Source: an uncultured Bacteroidales bacterium
GTDB lineage: Bacteria > Bacteroidota > Bacteroidia > Bacteroidales > UBA932
Length of the DNA: 64,000 bases
Assembly (NCBI GenBank): GCA_944326245.1
Contig: CALVDF010000013.1
Location: forward strand, 2,713-66,712
Direction of reading: 5' to 3'
In this document: positions 18,643 through 31,605 of the stretch, in pieces
How the letters are laid out: every line of letters begins with the position of its first letter
How positions within the stretch are numbered: position 1 is the stretch's first letter
Program-made: the position numbers and the translations under genes
The notes under the pieces: generated by a model
What the model was told of the DNA's origin: nothing
Seen by the model: the letters and a program-made list of their open reading frames with translations, nothing else
The model's database searches: none

Positions 18643-21390
18643 TTATTTGAGCACCTTCGTACTCCAGTCCGTCCAGTCCGGGGATACCAGTACCTGCGGA
18701 GACTGAAGCTTGCCCGAAACGGCTGTTGCGGCTTCCACTTTGTCGCGGGTCCTGTTGTACAGGTCTCCGAGGGAAATGTTGCCGTTGGCTTCCTGTATGT
18801 TCTTGATAAGATAATAGGTGAAGTATCCCTGGCGTTTGTCGTAGTATACGCTGGAGGTCTGTTCCCCTGAACTGGACGAGAAGCATATCAGGTTGCCCCC
18901 GATGACGGAATATTTGGGGACTACGCGTACTCCTTTCTGTGCAACCAGAGGCTCCTTGCTCTTGTATCCTCCGCTGAAGCAGGCATCCAGGAATACGTAC
19001 GATGCCTGGCATGGCACTGCGGAGAGATTTGCATACAGGTCGTTGAGGGAGATGCCCAGCTTGATGTATTTGCCTGTCACGTCGACAGGAAGCAGATACG
19101 GTTCGCGTGTGGCCTCATCGTTGCTGCCGTGTCCCGAATAGTAGAAGAACAGTTCAGCATCGGGATTGGCCTTGCCGATATTTATGAGCCAGTCTATGGA
19201 TTCACGCATGATTCCTGCCGTGGCATTGTCTATGTAACGTATGTGTTCCAGAGGTATCCCGAAAGTGCGGAGGCAGTATTCCTTGAACACTATTGCATCG
19301 TTGCATGCAAACGGCACATTGATCTCTGCGCTTCCGCCCACTATCGAGTAGTCCTCGTTGCCGATGATGAGGGCATATCTGTTCGGGTGTGGCGTGCCGG
19401 CAGGTACGTTCTCTAGCAGTTCGGATTCCATGGCAATGGAGTAGCCGGTATTGACCGCCGGACGTTCATCCAGTTTGCCTTCGATGACTATCTTGTTGGC
19501 GGTAGAGAGGTATTCTCCCAGTTTTACCTTGAAAACATCCTGTACCACGGCAAATGTGGAGCCTTCGGCAATCTTTACGCCGATGGGAATGGAATCAAGC
19601 GCAAATCTCTTGTTGACCAGAAAGTCGAATGTCAGGGGAACTATCTCTCCAGGCTGTATGGAGTCAATGGATATTTCGATGTTGTCGGTAGCTATGATGT
19701 TGGAAGGACACTCGAAGCTGATTTTGGTATTCATGGCCGGAAGGCGTCCCGCGTTCTGAACGGCTACAATGAGCTTTCCCCTGTCTCCCAGAGTTATGGA
19801 TGTCCCTCGGGCAGACATGTACTGGTAGTCGGCTATGAGCAGGCGGGGACGTGCCATTTCCTGGATGTTGACGAGCAGACTTGTCGGATCGGCGTCCATC
19901 CCGCTCTCCTCCAAGGTGTAGACGGTTATGTTCGCTTCAGCTGTAGGGGCTTTTTCGTTGAGGGTGTACCGGAATGTGTAGTGTTTGGTCTCTCCGGACT
20001 TTATGATGCCGGCATCGATCTCCCTGCTTCCTTCGAAGAATCGGTCCATGCCGCTGTTTTCAGAAAGGAGTATCTTTACGTTATGGGCATCGCCCATGCC
20101 GCTGTTCTGCACGGCGACATCTATCGAGAAACTTTCACCGGCATCGATGACACTGTTGGAGTTGGTCTCCGAAAAGCCTGTGATCATGGTTGTCAGTCTG
20201 GGGGGGTCTCCTGCCAGGACGGCGGAGGCTCCCTCTGTATCTGTAGAGACTGCGTTGACAGCCAGCTGACTGTAGCTTTTGAGTTTCTCCTCGAACTGGT
20301 CGTATGAGCCCCGGTCTGCTATGATACTGAGAAGGACTGTGGCTTCTGCCGTCATGTCCATGAATTTGTAGCATTCTTCCAGACCCTTCATGTACACGGC
20401 CGAAGTGGGCTCATGCCTGAGTATGCGTTCGAAGTATATGCGTGCATCATACAGATAGGGGTATGCTTTCTGCCTGAGTTCCATCCCTTCCGCTTCATCG
20501 ACTACGGCGTATGCCCGGTTGTTGATTTCCGAGCCTATCTTGAAACTGCATTTTGCGACTCCCTTCATTATGGCCAGGTCATCGGGAAAGAATGAAAGGA
20601 GCCTGCGGTAGAGTTTCAGGGCTTCCTCCACATTGCCTGAAGCTTCTTCCATGCGTGCCTTGATGGGCAGAACGTTTATGTCGTTGGGATCGACTGTGAG
20701 TACCTTGTCAATCGTCGCCATGAGGCCGTGTTGATTCCCTGTAGAGATGTACAGGTTGATGAGGTTGTAGTAGAAATCCATCGTGTTGGGGTATTCCGAG
20801 ATTGCACGCTGGAGGATTTTTTCCTGTTCCGCGTAGTCGTGGCGGGACATGTATATCATGTTTAGGAAAATGATGCAGTCCTTGGCCCTGTCCGGTTCTC
20901 CTGTCGAGAGGTATTCGTTGAAGCAGGTAGCCGCGTCATCCATATTCTGCAGTTTGTAGGCGGATATTCCGGTGTTGTATACTATCTGGGGGTACACTTC
21001 ATCGGTGCGGAGGACTCCCCCTGTAAATGCCTGGTTCTTCGGAAGCAGGATGTAAGCCATTCCGAATTGGTGGGCCATCTGCGTGTTGTTCATGTTTGAG
21101 AAAAACATGGCGGCGTTTTTCAGGGCCGGGTAGATCTGGATCAGTCTGTTTCTGGCCGCTTCCATGGCATTGGGATCGGCAAATGCATCCAGCAGACTGG
21201 AGTAGAGGGTGTAGCTTTGGTAGAGATGGTCATACATCTCTGTGCTGTTGTCGCCCTTGGCATTCTCGTAGAGGACATACTGCTGGTTGGCCCTTGCCAG
21301 CAGTTCCTGGGAGTTCTGGGCGCGCAGGACCGTCACTGTGCTTCCTAATGCCAGAAGCAGCAGGACCGTCAATATGTGTTTCATGTGCAT
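18643..21390 (-). CDS. secreted TPR-repeat / Ig-like / caspase (peptidase C14) domain protein
   Basis: 915 aa with a signal peptide (MHMKHILTVLLLLALGSTVTVLRAQ). It has N-terminal TPR-like helices, two Ig/CARDB-like segments, and a C-terminal caspase fold with YYSGHG (His) and FLDACFSGG (Cys). Confidence 0.8.
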   Translation of the reverse strand: MHMKHILTVLLLLALGSTVTVLRAQNSQELLARANQQYVLYENAKGDNSTEMYDHLYQSYTLYSSLLDAFADPNAMEAARNRLIQIYPALKNAAMFFSNMNNTQMAHQFGMAYILLPKNQAFTGGVLRTDEVYPQIVYNTGISAYKLQNMDDAATCFNEYLSTGEPDRAKDCIIFLNMIYMSRHDYAEQEKILQRAISEYPNTMDFYYNLINLYISTGNQHGLMATIDKVLTVDPNDINVLPIKARMEEASGNVEEALKLYRRLLSFFPDDLAIMKGVAKCSFKIGSEINNRAYAVVDEAEGMELRQKAYPYLYDARIYFERILRHEPTSAVYMKGLEECYKFMDMTAEATVLLSIIADRGSYDQFEEKLKSYSQLAVNAVSTDTEGASAVLAGDPPRLTTMITGFSETNSNSVIDAGESFSIDVAVQNSGMGDAHNVKILLSENSGMDRFFEGSREIDAGIIKSGETKHYTFRYTLNEKAPTAEANITVYTLEESGMDADPTSLLVNIQEMARPRLLIADYQYMSARGTSITLGDRGKLIVAVQNAGRLPAMNTKISFECPSNIIATDNIEISIDSIQPGEIVPLTFDFLVNKRFALDSIPIGVKIAEGSTFAVVQDVFKVKLGEYLSTANKIVIEGKLDERPAVNTGYSIAMESELLENVPAGTPHPNRYALIIGNEDYSIVGGSAEINVPFACNDAIVFKEYCLRTFGIPLEHIRYIDNATAGIMRESIDWLINIGKANPDAELFFYYSGHGSNDEATREPYLLPVDVTGKYIKLGISLNDLYANLSAVPCQASYVFLDACFSGGYKSKEPLVAQKGVRVVPKYSVIGGNLICFSSSSGEQTSSVYYDKRQGYFTYYLIKNIQEANGNISLGDLYNRTRDKVEAATAVSGKLQSPQVLVSPDWTDWSTKVLK

Positions 21391-21405
21391 ATATTTTATT
21401 TTTAT

Positions 21406-23553
21406 TTAGTTAAGGACATCCTTGAATTTGATGTTGACAATGATTCTGCGGAATTCACCTCCACGTACGTCACTGACTTCGGTACGGAACCTGTACGTGC
21501 ATTTGTCCTTGTTGTCGCGGAGCTCCGGAACTTCATTTTCCAGCCATACCTTGACACCGGCAGCGCGTATGAACGCAAGCTGTTCGTTGTTGCGGATGTC
21601 GGTCTCGTCCGTGACAGTCATGCTCGACAGCTCATCCTTGGCGTAGTATGGGGTCTCGCGGAATTCCCCGCAGCTGCCGTCATATGGAATTCGTCCTACC
21701 GGGATGGCATCGGCTGTACCTGTGATGGTGATTTCTATGTTTTTGGCTTCGTCTATGTATTTTTTCATGTCTCCTGCCAAGGCTGTCTTGATGGCTTCCA
21801 GCATGGTGAGGGCGGCATTTGATTCTGATACGGTAAATTTCCCGGGACCGAAGTCTTCCTGGTATGAGAATCCTTCCGAGACGTCGTACCGGTAGCCCAG
21901 ATTGTAGTTGTATATCTTGTTGCCGTCGGCATCGAAGTCGCTTTCGATTTCAGAGTCTATGGTTATGGCGGTCTTGTCCGTGATGACGTTTTCCTGCTTT
22001 TTCTCCTCCATGATTTCCTCTGTCTGCTGCTGGAGTGCCTCCATTTCCATGTTTACGGTCTGGAGCATGGAGACGGGTATGTAGTCGATGTCATCGTCCC
22101 CGAATTCTATTTCTCCTATGATGTAGTTACGTTTGTCGAAGATGTATGTCTTGTCTGTGGTGCGGTTGACTACCTCGAGGTAGACCAGCTGGAATTCGTC
22201 CATGTCGTCCAGGGTGTAGATAGGATTTTCGTAGGAAAGGTCTCCGTTCCTGACTTCCTGGAATTCGTTCTCGGGCACTTCCAGCTTGATGGCATCGAGC
22301 TGTCCGAACTTGATGTCGATACTGTGGTTGTCCATGTCGTACTCCTCGGCGATAAAGGGGTCTTCCAGGGTGATGGTCTTGGTGGCTATGGCTGTTGCGG
22401 CCTGGTCCAGCAGCATGGCTTTCTGGCGTGCAGCATTGTCGTCGGTTACCCTTACGCGGTATTCGTCCATGGATTCACCGTCCATCTGGCGGATCCAGTC
22501 AGACATCAGTTTGTCGACTTCTTCACTCAGCTTGGAGCGGTATAGCGGCGGCAGGGATGACATGTCCCAGAAGAAGAACTTTTCGCCGGAGTTGTGCCCC
22601 AGGGTTGTGATGTTGTTTACCGTGTTGAAGTTGAAATTGACTGTCAGTACGTTGGACATGGGGGCGCCGCCCGCCTCCCCCAGACGGCATACAGCCTTGT
22701 GGTTGATAAGGTTGTATACTATGACAGAATCCTCCTTGGCGTACGCGATGTATTTGCCTTCAGGATGGAAAGAGGCCTGCCGTACATTTTCAATGCCGGT
22801 GGATACGGCAAAGCGGTGATGGTCAATGGCGTTGACTATCTGCAGGCCAGCCGTGTCGCAGCTGACCGCTATCTCCCTCGAGTCGGGGGAAAAAGTCATG
22901 TGGTTGATGTTTCCGGCGAAGTGGAGTATGCGTTTGATGTCCGAGGTCTCCACGTTCCATATGTCCATTTCCTTGCCGTATGCCGCAGCGATGAAGTATC
23001 CGTTGGGGCTAAGGGCTATGTAATCGTAGACCTTGCCGGCATCTATGATGGACGAGATCCAGTATCCGTCGGTGGAGTATGTTATGATTTCACCGAAACT
23101 GTTGGCGGTCAGGATTTCCCTGGCATCGGTAGAGTATGCTATGGCTGTGACCTGAGGTACTCCCTTTCCTCCCTTTCCGTCGAACGGGTCTGTCTTCTTG
23201 TCCCCTTTGATGGACTCGAGGATCTGGTCCTTGTTCCGGTTGGAGATGATGTCTACGGTCCTGCCGTTGCGCAGGAGGATGGCTATGGAAGCTCCTGTAG
23301 GATTGATGCAGAAGTCGGAGACTGAGCCGCTGTATACATTCCGGTTCATCATGTTGTAGAGGGTATGGTCCTCGCCCTGGTAGATGCCGGTGAAGCGGAC
23401 TATCCTGAAGTTTTCATAGGGCCTTGTGATTTTGAATGATGACCTTTCGGTGATGCCGTCAGGGGCTTGCTGTGCGGACTGTGCGGCTGCGGACAATGTT
23501 ACTGTCAATGCAGAGAGGGCTGCAAGAAGAGTCTTGAAGTTCTTAGGTGTCAT
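21406..23553 (-). CDS. secreted WD40/PD40-like beta-propeller protein with C-terminal OmpA-like domain
   Basis: Start set at MTPKNFKTLLAALSALTVTLSAAAQ. Blade-like motifs repeat (LSPNGYFIAAA, FSPDSREIAVS, FHPEGKYIAYA). The C-terminus ITGTADAIPVG...NNEQLAFIRAAGVKVWL...FRRIIVNI resembles a degenerate OmpA_C fold. Confidence 0.55.
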   Translation of the reverse strand: MTPKNFKTLLAALSALTVTLSAAAQSAQQAPDGITERSSFKITRPYENFRIVRFTGIYQGEDHTLYNMMNRNVYSGSVSDFCINPTGASIAILLRNGRTVDIISNRNKDQILESIKGDKKTDPFDGKGGKGVPQVTAIAYSTDAREILTANSFGEIITYSTDGYWISSIIDAGKVYDYIALSPNGYFIAAAYGKEMDIWNVETSDIKRILHFAGNINHMTFSPDSREIAVSCDTAGLQIVNAIDHHRFAVSTGIENVRQASFHPEGKYIAYAKEDSVIVYNLINHKAVCRLGEAGGAPMSNVLTVNFNFNTVNNITTLGHNSGEKFFFWDMSSLPPLYRSKLSEEVDKLMSDWIRQMDGESMDEYRVRVTDDNAARQKAMLLDQAATAIATKTITLEDPFIAEEYDMDNHSIDIKFGQLDAIKLEVPENEFQEVRNGDLSYENPIYTLDDMDEFQLVYLEVVNRTTDKTYIFDKRNYIIGEIEFGDDDIDYIPVSMLQTVNMEMEALQQQTEEIMEEKKQENVITDKTAITIDSEIESDFDADGNKIYNYNLGYRYDVSEGFSYQEDFGPGKFTVSESNAALTMLEAIKTALAGDMKKYIDEAKNIEITITGTADAIPVGRIPYDGSCGEFRETPYYAKDELSSMTVTDETDIRNNEQLAFIRAAGVKVWLENEVPELRDNKDKCTYRFRTEVSDVRGGEFRRIIVNIKFKDVLN

Positions 23554-23592
23554 GTTCGGTCGGTTTAGGATGTGAATAAATTGTTCAGAATG

Positions 23593-23600
23593 CAAAAATA
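23593..23600 (-). promoter_or_regulatory. -7 promoter box (TATTTTTG on the minus strand) for the propeller/caspase operon
   Basis: The reverse complement of CAAAAATA is TATTTTTG. It overlaps the upstream alternative start at 23595, which supports the 23553 start. Confidence 0.5.
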
Positions 23601-23660
23601 CAAATTAGCCGGCACGTTTGCAACAATAATGTTTTTATTCTTTCTTTTCGGGGATTTTGA

Positions 23661-25526
<1,866 letters not shown>

Positions 25527-25534
<8 letters not shown>

Positions 25535-26672
25535 GGAAGCGATATACAGGATGATAACGGCATCTGTCGTGGCGGTCTTCCTCGTGATGATGCCGCTGCG
25601 GACGCTTTCGGCGATGCCGCCGGCCGCGCCCCGGACGGATACTTCCGCCGTCGCGGATACTGCGGAGGAGGTGGATGTCAAGGCCATTGTCCTGGAGCAT
25701 CTGAATGACAGCTACTGGTGGCACATAGGCACTTTCGGAGAGCGCAGCGTATCCCTCTACCTGCCGGTAATCGTGCGTTCTTCGGCGGAAGGGGGCGGCT
25801 GGCACTGCTTCTCCTCGCGTCATCTGGCTGACGGAGCCTCATGGCAGGGCTTCAGCATTGCCGCGGAAGGACAATACGAGGGAAAGATAGTGGAGACTCT
25901 GCCCGACAGCAGCACGGTCCGCCCGTTCGACCTGTCCATTACGCGGACAGTGGCTGCCCTGCTGCTCAACAGCGCAATAGTCCTGCTGGTGATACTCATA
26001 CCGGCCGGGTGGTACCGCCGTCACCGGGACGTGAAGGAGCATCCGAAGGGTTTCACGGCCTTTATGGAGATGGCCATCGAGGGACTGGAGGACGACTTGA
26101 TAAAACCTTGTGTCGGAGAGAACTGGAAGCGGTTCTCGTCCTTCCTGCTGACAGTGTTTTTCTTTATTCTCGTATGTAACTTCATGAGTCTGATTCCGTT
26201 CTTCCCGGGCGGAGTCAACGTGACCGGCAACATAGCCGTGACGTTTGTCCTGGCCCTGGCCTCCTTCCTGGTCGTCAATATTTTCGGAGGCCGTGCCTAC
26301 TGGAAGGACATCTTCTGGCCCGACGTGCCGACCTGGCTCAAGGTGCCCGTGCCCTTCATGCCCGTGATTGAGTTCATCGGAATATTCACCAAACCGTTCG
26401 CCCTGATGATCCGACTCTTTGCCAACATGGTCGGCGGGCATGCGGCTATTCTCTGCCTGGTGTGCATAGTGTTTGTCACAGCCGGTATGGGAGCGGCGAT
26501 GAATGCCTCGATGACTGTGGTCTCGGTGCTGTTCACCGTGTTCATGAACTGTCTGGAAGTCCTTGTGGCCTTCCTGCAGGCGTATGTGTTCACCATGCTC
26601 TCCGGTGTGTTCATAGGACTTGCGCAGGAGGGCAAAAAATCGAAAAAACTGAAAAAATATAAAAACGTTTAA
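25527..26672 (+). CDS. atpB: Fo ATP synthase subunit a (long Bacteroidetes-type N-terminal extension)
   Basis: Start set at MNREAIY. The C-terminal helices carry LMIRLFANMVGGH (the conserved Arg helix). Confidence 0.88.
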
Positions 26673-26900
<228 letters not shown>

Positions 26901-26912
26901 AATTTCTGAGTC

Positions 26913-27413
26913 ATGGGACTGTTGCAACCGGAACCGGGACTGCTTATATGGATGACGCTGGCCTTCGCTGTCGTGTTCATCCTGCTGGCCAGGTTCGGCT
27001 TCCCTGTGATACGGAAGTCGGTGGAAAGGCGGAGGGAGTATATTGACTCCTCTCTGGCTGCCGCCGGTGAGGCACAGAAGAAGCTGGATGACCTGCAACA
27101 GGAGATGGAAGCCGTACGCATGGACGCCGAGAGGCAGAAGTCGGAGATACTCCGCTCGGCAGTACAGACCCGTGAGCAGCTGATCGCCGAGGCCCGTAAG
27201 AAGGCCGGGGAGGAGGGAGAGAAGATAATCGCCGCGGCCAAGGCCAGTGCCCGGCTGGAGAGCGATGCCATCATCCGTGATGCCAGACATCAGGTGGCCC
27301 TGCTCTCGATAGCTGTCAGCGAGCGCCTGCTGCGCGAGAAGCTTTCCGACACCCGGAGCCAGACCGCCCTCGCTGAGCGCCTGTTGGAGGAGATTGACCC
27401 TGAAAAGAAGTAG
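26913..27413 (+). CDS. atpF: Fo ATP synthase subunit b
   Basis: 166 aa: one N-terminal TM helix followed by a long charged coiled coil, in the expected operon position. Confidence 0.85.
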   Translation: MGLLQPEPGLLIWMTLAFAVVFILLARFGFPVIRKSVERRREYIDSSLAAAGEAQKKLDDLQQEMEAVRMDAERQKSEILRSAVQTREQLIAEARKKAGEEGEKIIAAAKASARLESDAIIRDARHQVALLSIAVSERLLREKLSDTRSQTALAERLLEEIDPEKK

Positions 27414-27418
27414 AGTCT

Positions 27419-27973
27419 ATGGATACCGGACTGATATCGAGACGTTATGCCAAGGCCCTGGCGGAGTATGCGGCTTCCCTCGGAGAAGAGGATCTTGTGT
27501 ATGAGCAGCTGCATCCTTTTTCGGGACAGTTCGACTACATCCCCCGGATAAGGGAGGCGGTTCTCTCGCCGGCATTGCCCGATGATGAGAAGGCGGCAGT
27601 GATATTCGGCCTGCTCAAAGAGGAACCCTGCCGTTCCCTGCGGGATTTCGTGTATCTTGTGCTGCGCCATCACCGGGAGTCCTGCTTCTTCATCATGCTC
27701 CATTCATTCCTTGCCCTTTACCGTCAGAGGCATAACCTCAAGGAGGCAGTGCTGACGACGGCCGTGCCTCTCGGAAAGGATGTCGAGGACATTATCAGGA
27801 CCCGGGCACGGGGTGTGGACCATTGTACGGCAGTCATCACCCGCAAGGTGGATCCATCCATTATCGGAGGTTTCATTTTCCGTATGGAAGACACTCTGAT
27901 AGACGCCAGCACCGCCTCCCAGATCAAGCTGCTGCGCAAGAGGCTGGGGACGGAGCCGCTTAGGAAAATATAA
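27419..27973 (+). CDS. atpH: F1 ATP synthase subunit delta (OSCP)
   Basis: 184 aa. The N-terminus [13 protein letters not shown] is typical of OSCP/delta, and the operon position fits. Confidence 0.8.
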   Translation: MDTGLISRRYAKALAEYAASLGEEDLVYEQLHPFSGQFDYIPRIREAVLSPALPDDEKAAVIFGLLKEEPCRSLRDFVYLVLRHHRESCFFIMLHSFLALYRQRHNLKEAVLTTAVPLGKDVEDIIRTRARGVDHCTAVITRKVDPSIIGGFIFRMEDTLIDASTASQIKLLRKRLGTEPLRKI

Positions 27974-28001
27974 TGTAGAATCTGTTGAAAACCATATAGA
28001 C

Positions 28002-29591
28002 ATGAGTGATAAACCCAATAAGATAAAGCCTTCGGAGGTGCCTCAGATACTGCTCTCCGAACTGCAGGGCATCGACCTCGAGGCCCAGTATTCCGAGGTC
28101 GGGACTGTGCTCCAGGTGAGTGACGGAGTGGTGCGCATCTTCGGGCTGCGCAATGCCGAGGCCAGCGAGATGCTGGAGTTTGACAACGGTATGAAGGCCG
28201 TGGTGATGAACCTTGAGGAGGACAATGTGGGTGCCGTGCTGCTCGGACCCACAGATCTGGTCAAGGAAGGCGACATGGTGCGGCGTACCGGCCGTACTGT
28301 CTCCATAGACGTGAGCGAGGCTATGCTCGGCAGGGTGATAAATCCTTTGGGAGAGCCGATTGACGGAGGCGGGGAAATACTGGGTGAAAAAGTGGAGATG
28401 CCGCTGGACCGCAAGGCCCCTGGAGTGATTTTCCGTCAGCCGGTGAGCGAGCCGCTGCAGACAGGCCTGAAGGCGATAGATGCGATGATACCTATCGGAC
28501 GCGGACAGAGGGAACTGATTATCGGTGACCGCCAGACCGGAAAGACGGCGATAGCTGTGGATACAATCATCAACCAGAGAGCTTGCTATGAGGCGGGAGA
28601 GCCTGTCTACTGTATCTACGTGGCAGTCGGGCAGAAGGCTTCCACTGTGGCTGCGCTGGTGGATACCCTGAGGAAATACGGGGCGATGGACTATACGGTG
28701 GTGGTGGCGGCTATGGCTGCCGACTCGGCCGCGATGCGTTACTATGCTCCGTTTGCCGGGGCCGCGATAGGAGAGTATTTCCGCGATACCGGACGGCATG
28801 CGCTGGTGGTGTACGACGACCTCTCGAAGCAGGCCGTGGCTTACCGCGAGGTGTCGCTGATACTGCGCAGGCCCTCCGGACGTGAGGCCTATCCCGGTGA
28901 TATCTTCTACCTGCACTCCCGCCTGCTGGAGAGAGCGGCCAAGATTATTGCCCAGGAGGAGGTGGCAAGACAGATGAACGACATACCGCCTGCATTGAAG
29001 GACAAGGTGCGCGGAGGCGGCTCCCTGACTGCCCTGCCCATCATAGAGACCCAGGCCGGGGACGTGTCGGCATATATCCCGACCAATGTGATTTCGATTA
29101 CCGACGGACAGATATTCCTGGACACGGACCTCTTCAACAGCGGCAGTCTGCCGGCGGTGGATGTGGGTATCTCCGTCTCGCGTGTCGGCGGCAATGCCCA
29201 GATCAAGGCGATGAAGAAGGTGGCCGGCACCCTTAAGATAGACCAGGCCCAGTACCGGGAGCTGGAGTCATTCTCCAAGTTCAGCAGTGACATGGATCCG
29301 GTGACAGCCGCAGTGCTGGACCGCGGGCGCAAGAACACCCGCCTGCTGGTACAGCCCCAGTACAGTCCCATGCCTGTGGGCGAGCAGATAGCAGTGCTCT
29401 ACTGCGGTACCCACGGACTGCTGAAGGATGTGCCGCTGGAGCATGTCTCCGATTTCGAGCGGCTGCTTATAGAGTCGCTCAAGCCTGCCGGAGTGTTTGA
29501 GACCCTCGTCTCCGCAGGACTTACCGAAGATGCGTGCAGGACTATAGAGAAAGCTGCCGCAGAGGTGGCCGCCTCCCTTAAAATCTCGTAA
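28002..29591 (+). CDS. atpA: F1 ATP synthase subunit alpha
   Basis: 529 aa with GDRQTGKT Walker A and the typical [13 protein letters not shown] motif. Confidence 0.97.
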   Translation: MSDKPNKIKPSEVPQILLSELQGIDLEAQYSEVGTVLQVSDGVVRIFGLRNAEASEMLEFDNGMKAVVMNLEEDNVGAVLLGPTDLVKEGDMVRRTGRTVSIDVSEAMLGRVINPLGEPIDGGGEILGEKVEMPLDRKAPGVIFRQPVSEPLQTGLKAIDAMIPIGRGQRELIIGDRQTGKTAIAVDTIINQRACYEAGEPVYCIYVAVGQKASTVAALVDTLRKYGAMDYTVVVAAMAADSAAMRYYAPFAGAAIGEYFRDTGRHALVVYDDLSKQAVAYREVSLILRRPSGREAYPGDIFYLHSRLLERAAKIIAQEEVARQMNDIPPALKDKVRGGGSLTALPIIETQAGDVSAYIPTNVISITDGQIFLDTDLFNSGSLPAVDVGISVSRVGGNAQIKAMKKVAGTLKIDQAQYRELESFSKFSSDMDPVTAAVLDRGRKNTRLLVQPQYSPMPVGEQIAVLYCGTHGLLKDVPLEHVSDFERLLIESLKPAGVFETLVSAGLTEDACRTIEKAAAEVAASLKIS

Positions 29592-29596
29592 AGGTC

Positions 29597-30568
29597 ATGG
29601 CTGCGCTGAAAGAGTTGAAGGAGCGTATCGCTTCCGTGCAGAGCACATTGAAGATTACCTCGGCGATGAAGATGGTCGCTTCGGCCAAACTGCTGAGGGT
29701 ACAGTCATCGATGGAGGCTCTGGCTGAATATGAGAGGCGTTTCTCCGATATCGTGGCGGCTCTGGTCAGCGACCCTGATGTGGAGGTTGCCTCGCCGCTG
29801 ACTCTGGATCACGGGGAGAAGCGGAGGGCCTGTCTCGTGGCTCTCGCCTCGGACAGCTCGCTCTGCGGGTCTTTCAATGCCAATGCCCTGCGAGAGGCCG
29901 TGGCGGCTGTGGAGGAACTGCTCGCCGAAGGATTTTCCCGGGTTACGGTCTATCCCATAGGCGAGAAGATGGTGCAGGGAATGAGCCGGTATGTCGCGGC
30001 ATACGGGAAAAAACCGGCAGTCGGCCCGTCCGGTCCCTCCGGCTCAGGCCGTGATGCCGGTATTGCCTCCGGGTCGGAGATGCCTGCTTGTCCGGTGGAT
30101 GTCTGTACGGATTTCCGCTTTCTGGTCGGAAAACACTCATTTGACGGGATAATCCCCCTTGCGGATATGCTGATGAGCGACTTTCTGGCCGGACGGTGCG
30201 ACCGGGTATGCATTGCACGGTGCCATTTCCACTCGATGGGAAGACAGGTGCCCATGCGTGAGCAGCTGCTGCCCTTCAACCGCGTGAGCCGTGCCAACGT
30301 GGACCGCACCACTGCCGTCGACTATATCCTCGAGCCCGGTCCCGATACGCTGCTGGACGCCCTGCTGCCCTCGTCGATCCGCATTATCCTGTACAATGCC
30401 CTGCTCGACAGCATAACCGCAGAGAATGCGGCCCGTATGGTAGCCATGCAGACCGCAACCGACAATGCCAAGGAACTCTCCGACGACCTTACCCTCGAAT
30501 ATAACAAAAACCGCCAGCAGGCCATTACAGCCGAACTGGCGGATATCACTTCATCTTCCGAAGGCTGA
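29597..30568 (+). CDS. atpG: F1 ATP synthase subunit gamma (with a Gly/Ser/Pro-rich insertion)
   Basis: 323 aa. The N-terminus LKELKERIASVQSTLKITSAMKMVASAKL and the C-terminus NKNRQQAITAELADI are typical. An extra segment is encoded at about 30000-30120. Confidence 0.9.
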   Translation: MAALKELKERIASVQSTLKITSAMKMVASAKLLRVQSSMEALAEYERRFSDIVAALVSDPDVEVASPLTLDHGEKRRACLVALASDSSLCGSFNANALREAVAAVEELLAEGFSRVTVYPIGEKMVQGMSRYVAAYGKKPAVGPSGPSGSGRDAGIASGSEMPACPVDVCTDFRFLVGKHSFDGIIPLADMLMSDFLAGRCDRVCIARCHFHSMGRQVPMREQLLPFNRVSRANVDRTTAVDYILEPGPDTLLDALLPSSIRIILYNALLDSITAENAARMVAMQTATDNAKELSDDLTLEYNKNRQQAITAELADITSSSEG

Positions 30569-30600
30569 CGCCCGGGGTTGAGTTGCTCGTTGCTCAGAGT

Positions 30601-31197
30601 CTACAGCATGATTGCCTGTGCGATTTTCCGGGCAGTGCCTTCACCGGAGATCAGCTCCAGAATCTTGAGACCGAAATCTACAGCGTGACCTGCACCGCTG
30701 GCCGAGATGATGCCCGCATCCGCTACGACGCCCTGGCGCTGGTCCACTACCGTGACGCCTTTGGCTGTCAGGTACGGCTCGAAACCTTCGTAGCAGGTCA
30801 TCTTGAGACCGCCTCTTGCGCGTACTGTCTCTTCGAGAGGCAGCAGTGAGAGTACAACAGCCGGTGCCGCACAGATGGCGGCTACGGTACCGCCTTCGGC
30901 ATAGTGGCGCTGCATGCGGTTCACCAGCGGGGCGCAGGCGGCGAGGTTGGTCGAGCCGGGCATACCGCCGGGGAAAATCATGATGTCCTCTGTCCGGATA
31001 TCGTTCAGAGGGTATTCGTCCAAGGTAAATTCAGCATTGACACTGATGCGCTGGGCGCTGGTCACTATGTGGCTGTCGCTGATGGAGATGGTGTTGAGTT
31101 CGATGCCGCCCCTGACCAGGATGTCGGCGGGAGCCATTGCCTCGGTGATTTCAAAGCCGTCGGCAAGGAAGAGAAATGCTCTGGACTGTGTGTTCAT
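30601..31197 (-). CDS. DJ-1/PfpI family protein
   Basis: Start set at MNTQSRAFLFLADGFE. AAICAAP (nucleophile-elbow Cys) is present and the size of about 198 aa fits. Confidence 0.85.
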   Translation of the reverse strand: MNTQSRAFLFLADGFEITEAMAPADILVRGGIELNTISISDSHIVTSAQRISVNAEFTLDEYPLNDIRTEDIMIFPGGMPGSTNLAACAPLVNRMQRHYAEGGTVAAICAAPAVVLSLLPLEETVRARGGLKMTCYEGFEPYLTAKGVTVVDQRQGVVADAGIISASGAGHAVDFGLKILELISGEGTARKIAQAIML

Positions 31198-31216
31198 AAT
31201 GTCGGAGTTTAAGTGG

Positions 31217-31534
31217 TTAGAAAAGTGTAGCGACAATCGCTGAGGAGACACCTGCCACGCCTATCGCGGCCGCTATCATTGCGAACACGAAGAGAATCAT
31301 TATCAGGCCCAGCAGGGAAATGACGAATCCGGCGATGGCCAGGCCACGCGGGGCCTTGAACATGCCGATGAAGGAAAACAGAAGCCCCAGGGCCCAGGTA
31401 AACCATCCGAAGACAGGTATCCATCCCAGGACTATAGTGAGTACAGCCAGGATAAAGCCGGCTGTGCCTAAACCGTTTGTACGCCTTTCCACATATATGG
31501 GGCGGTTGTTGTAATTTCTGTCGTAGACTTCCAT
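31217..31534 (-). CDS. small integral membrane protein (DUF4190-like)
   Basis: 105 aa with a short polar N-terminus followed by 3 hydrophobic helices rich in G/A/I/L. Confidence 0.5.
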   Translation of the reverse strand: MEVYDRNYNNRPIYVERRTNGLGTAGFILAVLTIVLGWIPVFGWFTWALGLLFSFIGMFKAPRGLAIAGFVISLLGLIMILFVFAMIAAAIGVAGVSSAIVATLF

Positions 31535-31605
31535 AATCTATTGTTAAGAACCTATGCAAATATAACTAAATTTCAATAAATTTGTGTCCGAAACAAGAAC
31601 AGCCG

